Source of the DNA: a virus
Taxonomy: Duplodnaviria > Caudoviricetes
Reading direction: 5' to 3' (one strand)
DNA length: 64,000 bases
Virus record (IMG/VR): IMGVR_UViG_3300033416_000001
Coordinates: 7,649 to 71,648 of that record
This document shows, piece after piece, positions 1-8,145 of this stretch; position 1 is the first letter of the stretch, and each line of letters starts with the position of its first letter. A program made the translations under genes and the position numbers. Below the pieces are notes generated by a model, which saw nothing but the letters and a program-made list of their open reading frames with translations, had not been told where the DNA came from and searched no databases.

Positions 1-258
1 CCAGCAGGTCTCCGGCTCTTCCCACTCCAGGGCTACCAGTACCTTGCGCAGTGCGTCTCGGGCCTGCTGGAGGGCGTCCTTGTGGCTCTTGCCCTCGCGC
101 AGGCTCCACATATAGACCGTGAGAAAGCTGGACACCACGGCCAGGTCGCTCAACTCGTCCTCTGCAGAGTCCCACTCGGTGGCATTGAGGCGGCTGATGA
201 GGGTGCGCCAATCCACGGCTGCCGCATTCACCAATTGCATCGCTATGGTATTGCTCAT
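1..258 (-). CDS. hypothetical protein (runs off window start)
   Basis: Read by hand: ATG at 258 preceded by AAGGGAGAGG; open frame MSNTIAMQLVNAAAVDW... to position 1. Confidence 0.7.
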   Translation of the reverse strand, partial: MSNTIAMQLVNAAAVDWRTLISRLNATEWDSAEDELSDLAVVSSFLTVYMWSLREGKSHKDALQQARDALRKVLVALEWEEPETCW

Positions 259-271
259 GATCCTCTCCCTT

Positions 272-595
272 CTACCACCAACCAAAGACCAGGTTGGCGA
301 ATTCATCGCGGGCCACGTCCCAATCCTCATGGAGGATGACCCGGTACTGCCAGCCCTCGTCGAACTTGGCCTCGGAATAGTCGGGCAGCACTCCGAGCCC
401 GCCATTCCGCCAGTCGCGCCTGATCCGGTTACAGACCTCGAACGCACGCTGCCGCGCCTCGGCATAGGTGATCTTGTCTCCGACATAGGCGTCCCATACC
501 GGCTTGAACCATCTGCCTACCAGGAACCGGATGCGCCGCAGCGGGTCACTCCGGGTGCTCACGTGCCTATAGGGCGGGCGTCTCAAGTTTACCAT
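272..595 (-). CDS. hypothetical protein
   Basis: 107-aa ORF tiling with neighbours on the minus strand. Confidence 0.7.
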   Translation of the reverse strand: MVNLRRPPYRHVSTRSDPLRRIRFLVGRWFKPVWDAYVGDKITYAEARQRAFEVCNRIRRDWRNGGLGVLPDYSEAKFDEGWQYRVILHEDWDVARDEFANLVFGWW

Positions 596-1014
596 TGGTC
601 GGCTCCCACGATTTCCTCAGGATGTGCCACACCGTGATCCTTGATGTGTTGCTCGATCTCTCTCCAGGCGTCCAGGTGGATGACGTTGGCCAGAGTGCCG
701 GTCTCATCGCCTTTGACCACAAAGGCGACCTGGAGGCCCTCGACGCTGATGCGCGCCCCCTCGAACTGGCCGGTGGGCAGGCCCCTCTTGAACCGTTCGC
801 GGTCGGCCACGGCCCCAATGGGATGCCACATCTGCGTATTCTGCACCGCGAGGGAGAAAAGCTCGCCGGTCGCATCTTCCTCGATGCTGACGCAGTAGGC
901 AGATGGGTACGGGCCGAAGGCGCTGATCCCGACGATGGTGCCAAAGCGCACTTTGTCGGGCTCTTCGACGCTGTCTGCGGTATCTGATCCAAGCAGCAGG
1001 CCCCAGAGATTCAT
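589..1014 (-). CDS. hypothetical protein
   Basis: Start reassigned to ATG 1014 (MNLWG) behind GGAGGAGG. Confidence 0.75.
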   Translation of the reverse strand: MNLWGLLLGSDTADSVEEPDKVRFGTIVGISAFGPYPSAYCVSIEEDATGELFSLAVQNTQMWHPIGAVADRERFKRGLPTGQFEGARISVEGLQVAFVVKGDETGTLANVIHLDAWREIEQHIKDHGVAHPEEIVGADQW

Positions 1015-1015
1015 G

Positions 1016-1357
1016 CTAGTCCTCCTCCGCCCCGGATTCGCCCAACTTGACGGACTCCATCCAGGCGTCATAGTGCATGAGGCTGTCAATCAGGCCGGAT
1101 TCATCCACCCCCTGGACGAACGCGACCTTGACGCCCTTGGCCGGAACCGACTGCAACACGCCGTTGATGGAGAACTTGATGTGTTTGCTGTTCTCGTACT
1201 CCATGACATCATCCAGCGGGTGGCTGTTCATGGAGTGGCCGACGGTCAGGACAAAGTGCTTGTGTGTCCGCAGTTGCTCGACCTCGACCTGCCACAGGGT
1301 ATCCCATCGCCCGCCATGAACCGCCACAATCTTGCCAATCATGACCTTGAGTAGCAT
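1016..1357 (-). CDS. hypothetical protein
   Basis: Start reassigned to ATG 1357 (MLLKV) behind GGAGGA; tiles with neighbours. Confidence 0.75.
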   Translation of the reverse strand: MLLKVMIGKIVAVHGGRWDTLWQVEVEQLRTHKHFVLTVGHSMNSHPLDDVMEYENSKHIKFSINGVLQSVPAKGVKVAFVQGVDESGLIDSLMHYDAWMESVKLGESGAEED

Positions 1358-1358
1358 G

Positions 1359-1640
1359 TTATCCCTCCGTGATCCGGCAGCCCACTTCATGGCTACCTTT
1401 AGCGAACGTCTGCACGGCCTCGCGCGCGGCCTCGGCGGTAGTCGGCTCGACGTGTGCGCTGTCGCACCGAGTGGACACAGCGACCCTGGAGACGGTGGCC
1501 GTGTTGCCATAGGTATTGAGCAAGGCGGGCTTGGTGCAGGCGGCGACTGCCTTTTCTGCATCGTTGTACGAATCGGCCCGCACTGCGGCCAGCACCTGCA
1601 CTGTAAACACTGAACGAACCAGGAACATTTGCCGTCTCAT
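1359..1640 (-). CDS. hypothetical protein
   Basis: ATG 1640 (MRRQM) behind GTGGAGG; first gene after promoter copy 1. Confidence 0.7.
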   Translation of the reverse strand: MRRQMFLVRSVFTVQVLAAVRADSYNDAEKAVAACTKPALLNTYGNTATVSRVAVSTRCDSAHVEPTTAEAAREAVQTFAKGSHEVGCRITEG

Positions 1641-1659
1641 GTTATCCTCCACTGTCTCT

Positions 1660-1723
1660 ATCATAGCCGATCCACATGAAAATTGGGTGAACAAACAGGC
1701 CCTTTTGCCTAACAGTTTGTTCA
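1660..1723 (-). promoter_or_regulatory. conserved leftward promoter/operator, copy 1
   Basis: Minus strand TGAACAAACTGTTA-N27-TTTTCAT-N10-TATGAT; same architecture at 4874, 7539 and 9745. Confidence 0.8.
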
Positions 1724-2302
1724 CTTTCCATCTTGTCCAGTGGGGCGGTTCTGCTGATACCATTCTGTGATGACTGCATACCACCTGGACGCCTGAGTCT
1801 CGGTCATCTGCGGGTAGCAATCGGTGCCGCACTCGGCTAGCTTGCCTTCGATAAACTCGGCGAATCCTGGCAGGGTCTTGGCTTTCTCGGCCAAGTCGAA
1901 CAGGCGGAGGATGCTGGCCAGCTTTCCCTGCATGGATGCGATCCGCCGCTCAAAGCGAGCGACGGCTTTGCTGATGAGGGTCTCGCGCTGGCTTTTGCGA
2001 CCTGGCGAGAGGTAGTATTCGTAGGTCTGGGGCTCGGCCAAGTGCTGTGGATGCTCGAACCGGCAGACCAGGACGATGCCCCCCGACTTGTTGCGGCCAT
2101 GTCCACCCTGGTCAAAACAGTAACGCAGGGCATAGGAGACCATACCCCGTTCGACCGATGCGGCCAGCCAGGGCCAGCCTTCCGCGTCATTCTTGGCAAG
2201 CTGATCCAAGAGCAAGCGCGCATAATGGCCGCTGAGGATGCTCTGCGACGGCAACCTTGCCTTCCCATCCTCTGGACAATACTGCCGGTATGTCTTGGTC
2301 AT
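1721..2302 (-). CDS. hypothetical protein
   Basis: ATG 2302 (MTKTY) behind AAGGGAG; 193 aa. Confidence 0.75.
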   Translation of the reverse strand: MTKTYRQYCPEDGKARLPSQSILSGHYARLLLDQLAKNDAEGWPWLAASVERGMVSYALRYCFDQGGHGRNKSGGIVLVCRFEHPQHLAEPQTYEYYLSPGRKSQRETLISKAVARFERRIASMQGKLASILRLFDLAEKAKTLPGFAEFIEGKLAECGTDCYPQMTETQASRWYAVITEWYQQNRPTGQDGK

Positions 2303-2306
2303 TCTG

Positions 2307-2786
2307 TCATCTCCCTTTGTCGCGCAGTGCCTGGGCCAGGGCGCGGAGCACTTCAGATGCTTTTTCCAGGTGCTCAATGGGCCGTTCAGAAGTGAAGGGC
2401 TCGACTGTGTCAGCGATTTTGTCCAAGTCCGCGGAGGTAAGGCCCTGGAGGTTCATAGTGATGGCCACGTCTTCCGGCGGGCTGCCGGTGCAGGCCACAT
2501 AATTACCAAACAGGCCAGGTTCCGGGACTGGCGGCTTGATGGTATAGCCCCGTTCCCGGAGGAACTGGGCGCAAAGCTGCTCGGTCTCGGCGGGGTCAAG
2601 GTCGCTGGCCTCCACCGTGCTGCCCCGCTCGAATTCCGGGACATAGTCCGCGGGGGGCTCGAACAGGATGGACACGCTGCTGTCGGGATTGCTGGCCAGG
2701 GTGATGCTGGCGATGGGCAGCCCCATGCCCCGGTCGTCCTCATATCCGCCGTTCAAAACGCCTTTGGTGGTCTTGATCTGTGCCAT
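2307..2786 (-). CDS. hypothetical protein
   Basis: ATG 2786 (MAQIK) behind GGGAGG; 159 aa. Confidence 0.75.
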   Translation of the reverse strand: MAQIKTTKGVLNGGYEDDRGMGLPIASITLASNPDSSVSILFEPPADYVPEFERGSTVEASDLDPAETEQLCAQFLRERGYTIKPPVPEPGLFGNYVACTGSPPEDVAITMNLQGLTSADLDKIADTVEPFTSERPIEHLEKASEVLRALAQALRDKGR

Positions 2787-2807
2787 GTGATCCTCCCTTG
2801 ATCTGGG

Positions 2808-2845
2808 GCGATCCCGGCCCCGGTGATTGCGGGGGCCGGGATCGC
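2808..2845. terminator. intergenic 14-bp hairpin (terminator or RNA processing site)
   Basis: GCGATCCCGGCCCC / GGGGCCGGGATCGC perfect inverted repeat between two genes; no clear U-tract. Confidence 0.55.
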
Positions 2846-2853
2846 CGGATAGT

Positions 2854-3648
2854 CTAGCTGGCAAAGCCAAGCTGGCGGTACAGGTAACGCTTGATGCTGC
2901 GGGTGATCTGCCGGGTGACGATGTCGCCGAAGGCGTCCACGTAGCCCCGCACGTCGCGCCCCTTGGCCAAGTCGGGATACCACCTGGCCGCGATAACGGT
3001 GCGAGCGGCAGGGCTAACGGGGAACGCAGTCACCGCATTGACCAGTAGGGCCGGGACGAAATAGCCCCCGGCGATGTGGCTCTTGATGTGGTCGCTGTCG
3101 GTGGCGGGCTGGCCAGTGGCAAGGTCGGTAAAGCGTCCTTGGCAGAAGAGGCAGTCGCCGGGGCCGGGGGCCGGGACGTGGCCAGCCACCAGGGCCTTAG
3201 CGAACCGGGCGGCATAATTGGCCGCGCGCTTTTTCTCGGCCAAGTTGGGCCGGGGGCCTGCGCCGGTCACGGTTCCGTCGGCCTGGATGGTGATCCCGTC
3301 CTGGAACACAAACTCCGCCTTGGTCTGGTAGTTGTACAGATACCACACGCCCCGGTCGGAGGACACGCGCCACCCGGCGGGCAGCCACTCATTGAGGCGC
3401 GCCTTGGTGGTAACGGTCAACCAGCCACCAGTGTCCAGGGTGACCGAGCTATCGGCGTGGACGGTCAAGATGTTGGTGGCGTGGAGCTTGATGGCCAGGT
3501 CGCGCCCATAGCCGATGGCGTCCACCCAGGTCAGATAGGTATTGTTGCCCACCTTGCGGGACTCGAAGAACTTGCCGTTGCCGCCTTTGCGGGCCAGCTT
3601 GCCGGTCAGAACCGGGTACAGACTATTGCCGCTCGTGGTGATGTTCAT
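2854..3648 (-). CDS. conserved phage hypothetical protein
   Basis: ATG 3648; N-terminal LHATNI...VTLDTGGWLTVTTKARLNEWLP...GVWY pattern recurrent in phage early proteins, function unknown. Confidence 0.7.
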   Translation of the reverse strand: MNITTSGNSLYPVLTGKLARKGGNGKFFESRKVGNNTYLTWVDAIGYGRDLAIKLHATNILTVHADSSVTLDTGGWLTVTTKARLNEWLPAGWRVSSDRGVWYLYNYQTKAEFVFQDGITIQADGTVTGAGPRPNLAEKKRAANYAARFAKALVAGHVPAPGPGDCLFCQGRFTDLATGQPATDSDHIKSHIAGGYFVPALLVNAVTAFPVSPAARTVIAARWYPDLAKGRDVRGYVDAFGDIVTRQITRSIKRYLYRQLGFAS

Positions 3649-4220
3649 TTCAACCCTCCAGTAGACTTTTCGCTGTACCACACCACGGGATGGCCCTCAC
3701 TATGCTTGATGGCCTCACAAATGGCGTAGTATTCAGCGTTGGTGATGCCGTACTTGTCCAGCACATCCTGCCGGGCGAACGCGGGCGTGAATGTCGGCGG
3801 GCCCGGCTGTGTTGCGATGCGGTAGGAACCAAAGTCGGCCCGGTTGCCGCCGATCCCGTTGATGGCCAGGGCCATGTATGGTAGGCCGCTGATCTGCGTC
3901 CACTCCAATTGTTCTCCAGTCTCCGGGTCTGGCCCTGGCCGCGGCCCGCTGGCGTAGATGATGCCGCCCGCCCCCAGGTTGCAAGCCCAGACCGGCGTCG
4001 GCAGGTCGGCGACTAAGTCCTCCAGGTTCTCATAGATGGGCTGCGGCAGGATACCCGCGTTGATCTTGTCCTGGGTCTCCAGGGCATTGACGATCTCGGT
4101 CAGCAGGCCCTCCAGGTCGCCCGCCTCCGTTGCCGTGAGGGCTAGCCCGACGTGGGCTACGCTGGCGAACTCTGCCGCTTTGAGGATGCGGCGCAGGGTA
4201 TTCAGTGCTATCTTAGCCAT
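3645..4220 (-). CDS. hypothetical protein
   Basis: 191-aa ORF, RBS GGAGG, overlaps neighbours by a few nt. Confidence 0.75.
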   Translation of the reverse strand: MAKIALNTLRRILKAAEFASVAHVGLALTATEAGDLEGLLTEIVNALETQDKINAGILPQPIYENLEDLVADLPTPVWACNLGAGGIIYASGPRPGPDPETGEQLEWTQISGLPYMALAINGIGGNRADFGSYRIATQPGPPTFTPAFARQDVLDKYGITNAEYYAICEAIKHSEGHPVVWYSEKSTGGLK

Positions 4221-4614
4221 TGGTCACCTCCGTTTTCCCTTTGGCATACCAGGAAAAGAACGGGTCGGTCTTGTTCAGCCGGGCCAGCTTGGCAACCATC
4301 TTGCGGAACGGTCGCGGGTGAGAGGCCCGCACAAAAAACCGCAGGTCAAAGTCGCCCAACCGCTCCACCCATCCCGCGCGCGCGTTGACTTCGCCCGAAA
4401 CGATTTCGACATACTGCGTATTGTCCACGTGATCCTCCAGTTGATCCTCCAGGGCGCGCGCCTGCTGCCGCAGCTTTTGCGCCTTGCGGTACAGCCGGTT
4501 GCCCTGGTGCTCAGTCTGTTCAGTCCAGCCAGTGAGCAGGGCTTTGCTTTCAAGCTCGGCTGCCTGCGCCTGGAGCGCCGCGATCTGGTGCTTGACGCTA
4601 TGGAACTTGCTCAT
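4213..4614 (-). CDS. hypothetical protein, N-terminal coiled coil
   Basis: ATG 4614 (MSKFH) behind GGAGG. Confidence 0.7.
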   Translation of the reverse strand: MSKFHSVKHQIAALQAQAAELESKALLTGWTEQTEHQGNRLYRKAQKLRQQARALEDQLEDHVDNTQYVEIVSGEVNARAGWVERLGDFDLRFFVRASHPRPFRKMVAKLARLNKTDPFFSWYAKGKTEVTNG

Positions 4615-4841
4615 TTTGCCGCCTCCGGCGTAGTCGCCGCCCTGCCTGTGCCTGCCCAACATCCGAACCCGCTACGGGTGACAAACTCGACGCCCGCATC
4701 CGAGCGCAGCGGCTGGTCTATTTCAATGTGCGCCCAGAACGTATCGTGCTCGTTGCTACCACTTGACAATTTCCCACAGCGTCCCTCACTGGTCGCTGGT
4801 CTCTGATGCCAGTACATACACTGATAACATCTACAGCTCAT
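4611..4841 (-). CDS. small Cys-motif protein
   Basis: CxxCxYW...GxC pattern; first gene after promoter copy 2; RBS GGAGGGG. Confidence 0.65.
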   Translation of the reverse strand: MSCRCYQCMYWHQRPATSEGRCGKLSSGSNEHDTFWAHIEIDQPLRSDAGVEFVTRSGFGCWAGTGRAATTPEAAK

Positions 4842-4873
4842 GATCCCCTCCGCTTGCTCTCTTGATCTGACCC

Positions 4874-4937
4874 ATCATACTAGGTGAAGATGAATATTGC
4901 ATGTATAATGACCCTGATCTTGCTTACAGTTTGTTCA
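4874..4937 (-). promoter_or_regulatory. conserved leftward promoter/operator, copy 2
   Basis: Minus strand TGAACAAACTGTAA-N27-TATTCAT-N10-TATGAT. Confidence 0.8.
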
Positions 4938-4941
4938 TCTG

Positions 4942-4979
4942 CGGGCCTGAGCTCTCGTGTGGATGGCGGCCCAGGCCCG
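4942..4979. terminator. hairpin, possible terminator of upstream leftward unit
   Basis: CGGGCCTG / CAGGCCCG inverted repeat just past the stop of 4997..5290. Confidence 0.4.
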
Positions 4980-4996
4980 TGAGATGATGAACGATC

Positions 4997-5290
4997 CTAC
5001 ATTTTCCGCTTGTTGCAGACGTCATAGCCCCGCACGGTCAGCCACTCCAGGGCCAAGGCGTCCATCGTGGCCACCGGGATGTCCAGGATGCCGCCGACTG
5101 TGACGTCCCAGGGCAGCTTGGCGTCGCCAAGCTGCACGCTGCGCTTTTTGATGGCCAGGATGTCCACTTTCCCGGCCCCGGCCTGCGCCTTGATCTGCAC
5201 CTCATTCGCCCGCTGCTGCCGGTCGGCGTCCTCACCGACCAGGAAAGCCACGGCCTTTTTGACAGTCTGAGATACGGTCAGCCCTTGCAT
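4997..5290 (-). CDS. hypothetical protein
   Basis: 97-aa ORF, RBS GGGAGG. Confidence 0.7.
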   Translation of the reverse strand: MQGLTVSQTVKKAVAFLVGEDADRQQRANEVQIKAQAGAGKVDILAIKKRSVQLGDAKLPWDVTVGGILDIPVATMDALALEWLTVRGYDVCNKRKM

Positions 5291-5293
5291 GAT

Positions 5294-5431
5294 TCACCTC
5301 CCCTTGTGGTAGAAATACTTATCGGTCTCGCGCCTGATCCGGTCGGTGTTCCAGTCCTTGTGGAGCGCCTCCAGGATGCGCCAGGTCAGACTATAGCCCA
5401 GGAAGAACACGAACAGCTTGATCCTAGCCAT
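5294..5431 (-). CDS. small hypothetical protein (45 aa)
   Basis: Read by hand: MARIKLFVFFLGYSLTW...; RBS GGAGGGG; fills gap between neighbours. Confidence 0.6.
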   Translation of the reverse strand: MARIKLFVFFLGYSLTWRILEALHKDWNTDRIRRETDKYFYHKGR

Positions 5432-5435
5432 GATC

Positions 5436-5639
5436 CTATACCCCCTCCGTTACATGCTCAGACCGGCGAACCTTGATTTTAGGCCAAAGCCACGAGTTAT
5501 GAGGATAGAGCAGGGCCCCCACACCGGCCTGGGCCTCTGCCGCGGTATGATACCACTGCACGGTCAGCCCCTCCCGCCGGGCACACCCAGGCAGCCAGTA
5601 CCACCACCTCCACGCTTTGCGCGTCGTTTTTTTAGACAT
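5436..5639 (-). CDS. small Trp-rich hypothetical protein
   Basis: ATG 5639 (MSKKT) behind GGAGG. Confidence 0.6.
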   Translation of the reverse strand: MSKKTTRKAWRWWYWLPGCARREGLTVQWYHTAAEAQAGVGALLYPHNSWLWPKIKVRRSEHVTEGV

Positions 5640-6147
5640 GATCCGCCTCCGCAAAATAGTGCGGGTAATCCCGCCTCCAGGACTCGGCGACGCCGGGGGC
5701 CGCGGGCTTGAAGTGCTCTGCGCAGGCCGGTTCGTTTGGCGTCCTGAAGATTTTCAGCACCGGGCAACCGAACAGGGTCAAGTGCTGGCAGCTTTCGCAG
5801 AGCACCGGCTTTTCCGGGCCCTTATCATCCGCTGCATCCTTTGGCGGCCAGACCGTCTCCGGCACGCTCGATTGTGGACAATGGCAGTCCTGGCAGTAGT
5901 CGGCAGTGAGACCGCAGGCCGCGATTGGCCGGTCATCCGGCGGCTGCACGTCCAGGTCGGGCGTCCAGGTACAGTCCTGATCCTCCGGCCCCTGTCCGTA
6001 GAGGCAGCCCCGGCAGCCCGTATCGGGACATGGCGGTTCCAGTGCCTGGGCGATCCAGCCCCCTGCCGGGACAGTTGCCCCGTCCAGGTCTACGGCTACC
6101 ACCTCATTTTGCCAGGTATAGACTGCGATCCTGATCTGCTTTTCCAT
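5632..6147 (-). CDS. Cys-rich (probable metal-binding) protein
   Basis: Several CxxC pairs (CRGC, CQDC, CESC); RBS GAGGTG. Confidence 0.7.
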   Translation of the reverse strand: MEKQIRIAVYTWQNEVVAVDLDGATVPAGGWIAQALEPPCPDTGCRGCLYGQGPEDQDCTWTPDLDVQPPDDRPIAACGLTADYCQDCHCPQSSVPETVWPPKDAADDKGPEKPVLCESCQHLTLFGCPVLKIFRTPNEPACAEHFKPAAPGVAESWRRDYPHYFAEADHV

Positions 6148-6156
6148 GATCTCACC

Positions 6157-6453
6157 TCACCTTGTCCTCTTGCCAAAGCCGACTGCCGACACGACCGGCA
6201 GCAGCAGCGGCGTCTGTCTGATCCGGCGCAGGGTGACCGTGGTCACCTCACCACCCCGCACCACAGCGACCAGGGTGTCGCCGTTATGATCCCCGAATCG
6301 CACGAACCGGCCCGCGGGCAGTGTGGCCACTACTGCCGAGCACTCTGCCACCTGCACCCCGGCCAGTCTTGCCTGGAGCACCTCCAGAGGCACTCCAAAG
6401 ACGGGCCCGAATTGCCGTAACCGGTTAACCGCATGATCTGAGACGGTCGCCAT
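6157..6453 (-). CDS. hypothetical protein, possible RelE/DUF4258-like fold
   Basis: N-terminal SDHAVNRLRQ and C-terminal LVAVVRGGEVTTVT resemble that small nuclease-like fold; weak. Confidence 0.45.
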   Translation of the reverse strand: MATVSDHAVNRLRQFGPVFGVPLEVLQARLAGVQVAECSAVVATLPAGRFVRFGDHNGDTLVAVVRGGEVTTVTLRRIRQTPLLLPVVSAVGFGKRTR

Positions 6454-6456
6454 TAT

Positions 6457-6780
6457 TCACCCCTCTTGTCTGACCAGGTCGCGGGACAGGTCAAGGATGG
6501 GGCGATCCTGCCACCGCTGCCAGTGCCGGGCCCGTCTTGCTTTGCGCTGCCAGAGCTTGATAAACTCTGCCTCATGCAGCCAGGTATAGAAAGCACCCAG
6601 GCCCCAGACCTCCGTGGTCTCTTGCGCCTGCACGTCCACCTTGCACAGCAGCAGTCGGATACCGACATCCTTGCCCTGCCGCCCCACCACCCACAGAATG
6701 GTCTGAATCTCAGAGGGTGTGGTGACCAGGACATACTCCGGCCCGAAATTCGCCAGCTTGCGCACTTCAGTCTTGGGCAT
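6457..6780 (-). CDS. tandem paralog 4 of unnamed ~80-aa domain
   Basis: RKLANFGPEYVLVT...ILWVVG...RLLL...EVW shared with the three upstream ORFs. Confidence 0.75.
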   Translation of the reverse strand: MPKTEVRKLANFGPEYVLVTTPSEIQTILWVVGRQGKDVGIRLLLCKVDVQAQETTEVWGLGAFYTWLHEAEFIKLWQRKARRARHWQRWQDRPILDLSRDLVRQEG

Positions 6781-6783
6781 TGT

Positions 6784-7044
6784 TCACCTCCACGACCCAT
6801 GCTGTGTGAATCCACACTCAAACACCGACCCCGCGCGGGCACTCCCCCACACCTGCCGAATCTCCCCCTTGATCTGCCGAACGAGCAGGACATCCCACCT
6901 GCACCAGGCCAGACCCACCAGGCCCAGGATCGCCCGCACCCGCGTCGCATCGGTCACCCGCTCATACCGTGGCGCAAACTGCGACACTTTGCGCTGCACG
7001 CCGGGCTGATCTGCCAAAGTCGCACGCCCCAGGTCTCTAGGCAT
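6784..7044 (-). CDS. tandem paralog 3 of unnamed ~80-aa domain
   Basis: ATG 7044; RKVSQFAPRYERVTD...ILGLVG...VLLV...QVW. Confidence 0.7.
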   Translation of the reverse strand: MPRDLGRATLADQPGVQRKVSQFAPRYERVTDATRVRAILGLVGLAWCRWDVLLVRQIKGEIRQVWGSARAGSVFECGFTQHGSWR

Positions 7045-7300
7045 CTGCCACCTCCGGCCACACCTGACAAACATCTGCCGTCAACCAGGCCACCACCCCA
7101 CCACAAGACGCCCACACCTCCAGGACATCACCGTCCGCACCGTAGAGCACCAGCAGGAACCCGGCCCCCCTGTATTCCAACTTGGCCGACAGAGACAGGG
7201 GCAGGTTGTCGATAACCGCGGCCACGTCTTGACTGTCCTGCACGAGCTTGTGCGCAAATGTGAATTGCGCCACCTTCCGCACCTTAGCACCGTCTAGCAT
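7037..7300 (-). CDS. tandem paralog 2 of unnamed ~80-aa domain
   Basis: ATG 7300; RKVAQFTFAHKLVQD...VIDNLP...FLLV...EVW. Confidence 0.7.
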   Translation of the reverse strand: MLDGAKVRKVAQFTFAHKLVQDSQDVAAVIDNLPLSLSAKLEYRGAGFLLVLYGADGDVLEVWASCGGVVAWLTADVCQVWPEVADA

Positions 7301-7521
7301 TTTGCACCTCCGTGCACTTGCTCGAATCTGCCACAGAAGGACAGACTGCCTCCAGCCCATACCTCACGAAAACCACCACCACCAGCGGGCAGTACCAGCA
7401 GCACCCGCAGACCGGCCCGCTCGAATGGCCCGATCCCCACCGAATCCAGCACCCGGCCCACCTCCACACCGTCTATCACGAGCTTGAACTCCGGCCCAAA
7501 GTCTGCGCTGATCTTAAGCAT
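7294..7521 (-). CDS. tandem paralog 1 of unnamed ~80-aa domain
   Basis: KISADFGPEFKLVID...VLDSVG...VLLV...EVW; first gene after promoter copy 3. Confidence 0.7.
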   Translation of the reverse strand: MLKISADFGPEFKLVIDGVEVGRVLDSVGIGPFERAGLRVLLVLPAGGGGFREVWAGGSLSFCGRFEQVHGGAKC

Positions 7522-7538
7522 GGCCCACCTCCACTATC

Positions 7539-7601
7539 AGTATAGCACCACCAGATGAAAATCACGTGAATAATTGCCCAACTAGGATAACAGTCTGTTC
7601 A
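7539..7601 (-). promoter_or_regulatory. conserved leftward promoter/operator, copy 3
   Basis: Minus strand TGAACAGACTGTTA-N26-TTTTCAT-N10-TATACT. Confidence 0.8.
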
Positions 7602-7889
7602 TTTTGTGCGCTTGGCCACTGATACCAGCCAGACCCGCACCGTCTGATCTTCAACTTCTGTGTGCCGCGGCCCACCCAGGTCATCCAGCCATACCAGACC
7701 ACCCTGAGGCGTCCAGTCAAAAGGAACCAATGTCCCGGCAGCGTCTGCCTCAAATAGCCAGCCCCACCTGCCCCGATGACCAGCCAGGTTCGCGATCGAT
7801 CGATGAACCCGTCGACCACCACCAATGTCTAAGGTAGATACCACCTTTTGTGTTGTCTTGTCGATAAAACCAGCGATCCTCTTAGCCAT
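7599..7889 (-). CDS. hypothetical protein
   Basis: ATG 7889 (MAKRI) behind GGAGG. Confidence 0.65.
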   Translation of the reverse strand: MAKRIAGFIDKTTQKVVSTLDIGGGRRVHRSIANLAGHRGRWGWLFEADAAGTLVPFDWTPQGGLVWLDDLGGPRHTEVEDQTVRVWLVSVAKRTK

Positions 7890-8133
7890 GTCGACCTCCG
7901 CGCGCGCGGTCAGAAGTACCACCTTGACCCAGGTCATCACGAGCGATTTTCGCCTTGACCACAGACCCGCGGGCCCGGTTGATCCGGCAGAATGCGCCAC
8001 AGTTGACCCGCGCCACCAGCACCACCACCAACTTAGTCACCACCACCACCAACTTAGCCAATACAAACCAGACCACCAGCAGAATCGGCAGTGCCACCAC
8101 CAACAAGTTGACCACAAAAACCAAAGCTGTCAT
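7882..8133 (-). CDS. small Val-rich membrane protein
   Basis: About 40 consecutive mostly hydrophobic residues at the N-terminus; RBS GGAGG. Confidence 0.55.
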   Translation of the reverse strand: MTALVFVVNLLVVALPILLVVWFVLAKLVVVVTKLVVVLVARVNCGAFCRINRARGSVVKAKIARDDLGQGGTSDRARGGRHG

Positions 8134-8145
8134 GATGACCTCCGG

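Noticed and set aside
119-7545. Plus-strand ORFs in the left arm (e.g. 119..637, 3076..3729, 4036..4806, 5617..6420, 6466..7215)
   Set aside because: Minus-strand ORFs tile the region with strong RBSs and promoters; the plus-strand ones are antisense shadows
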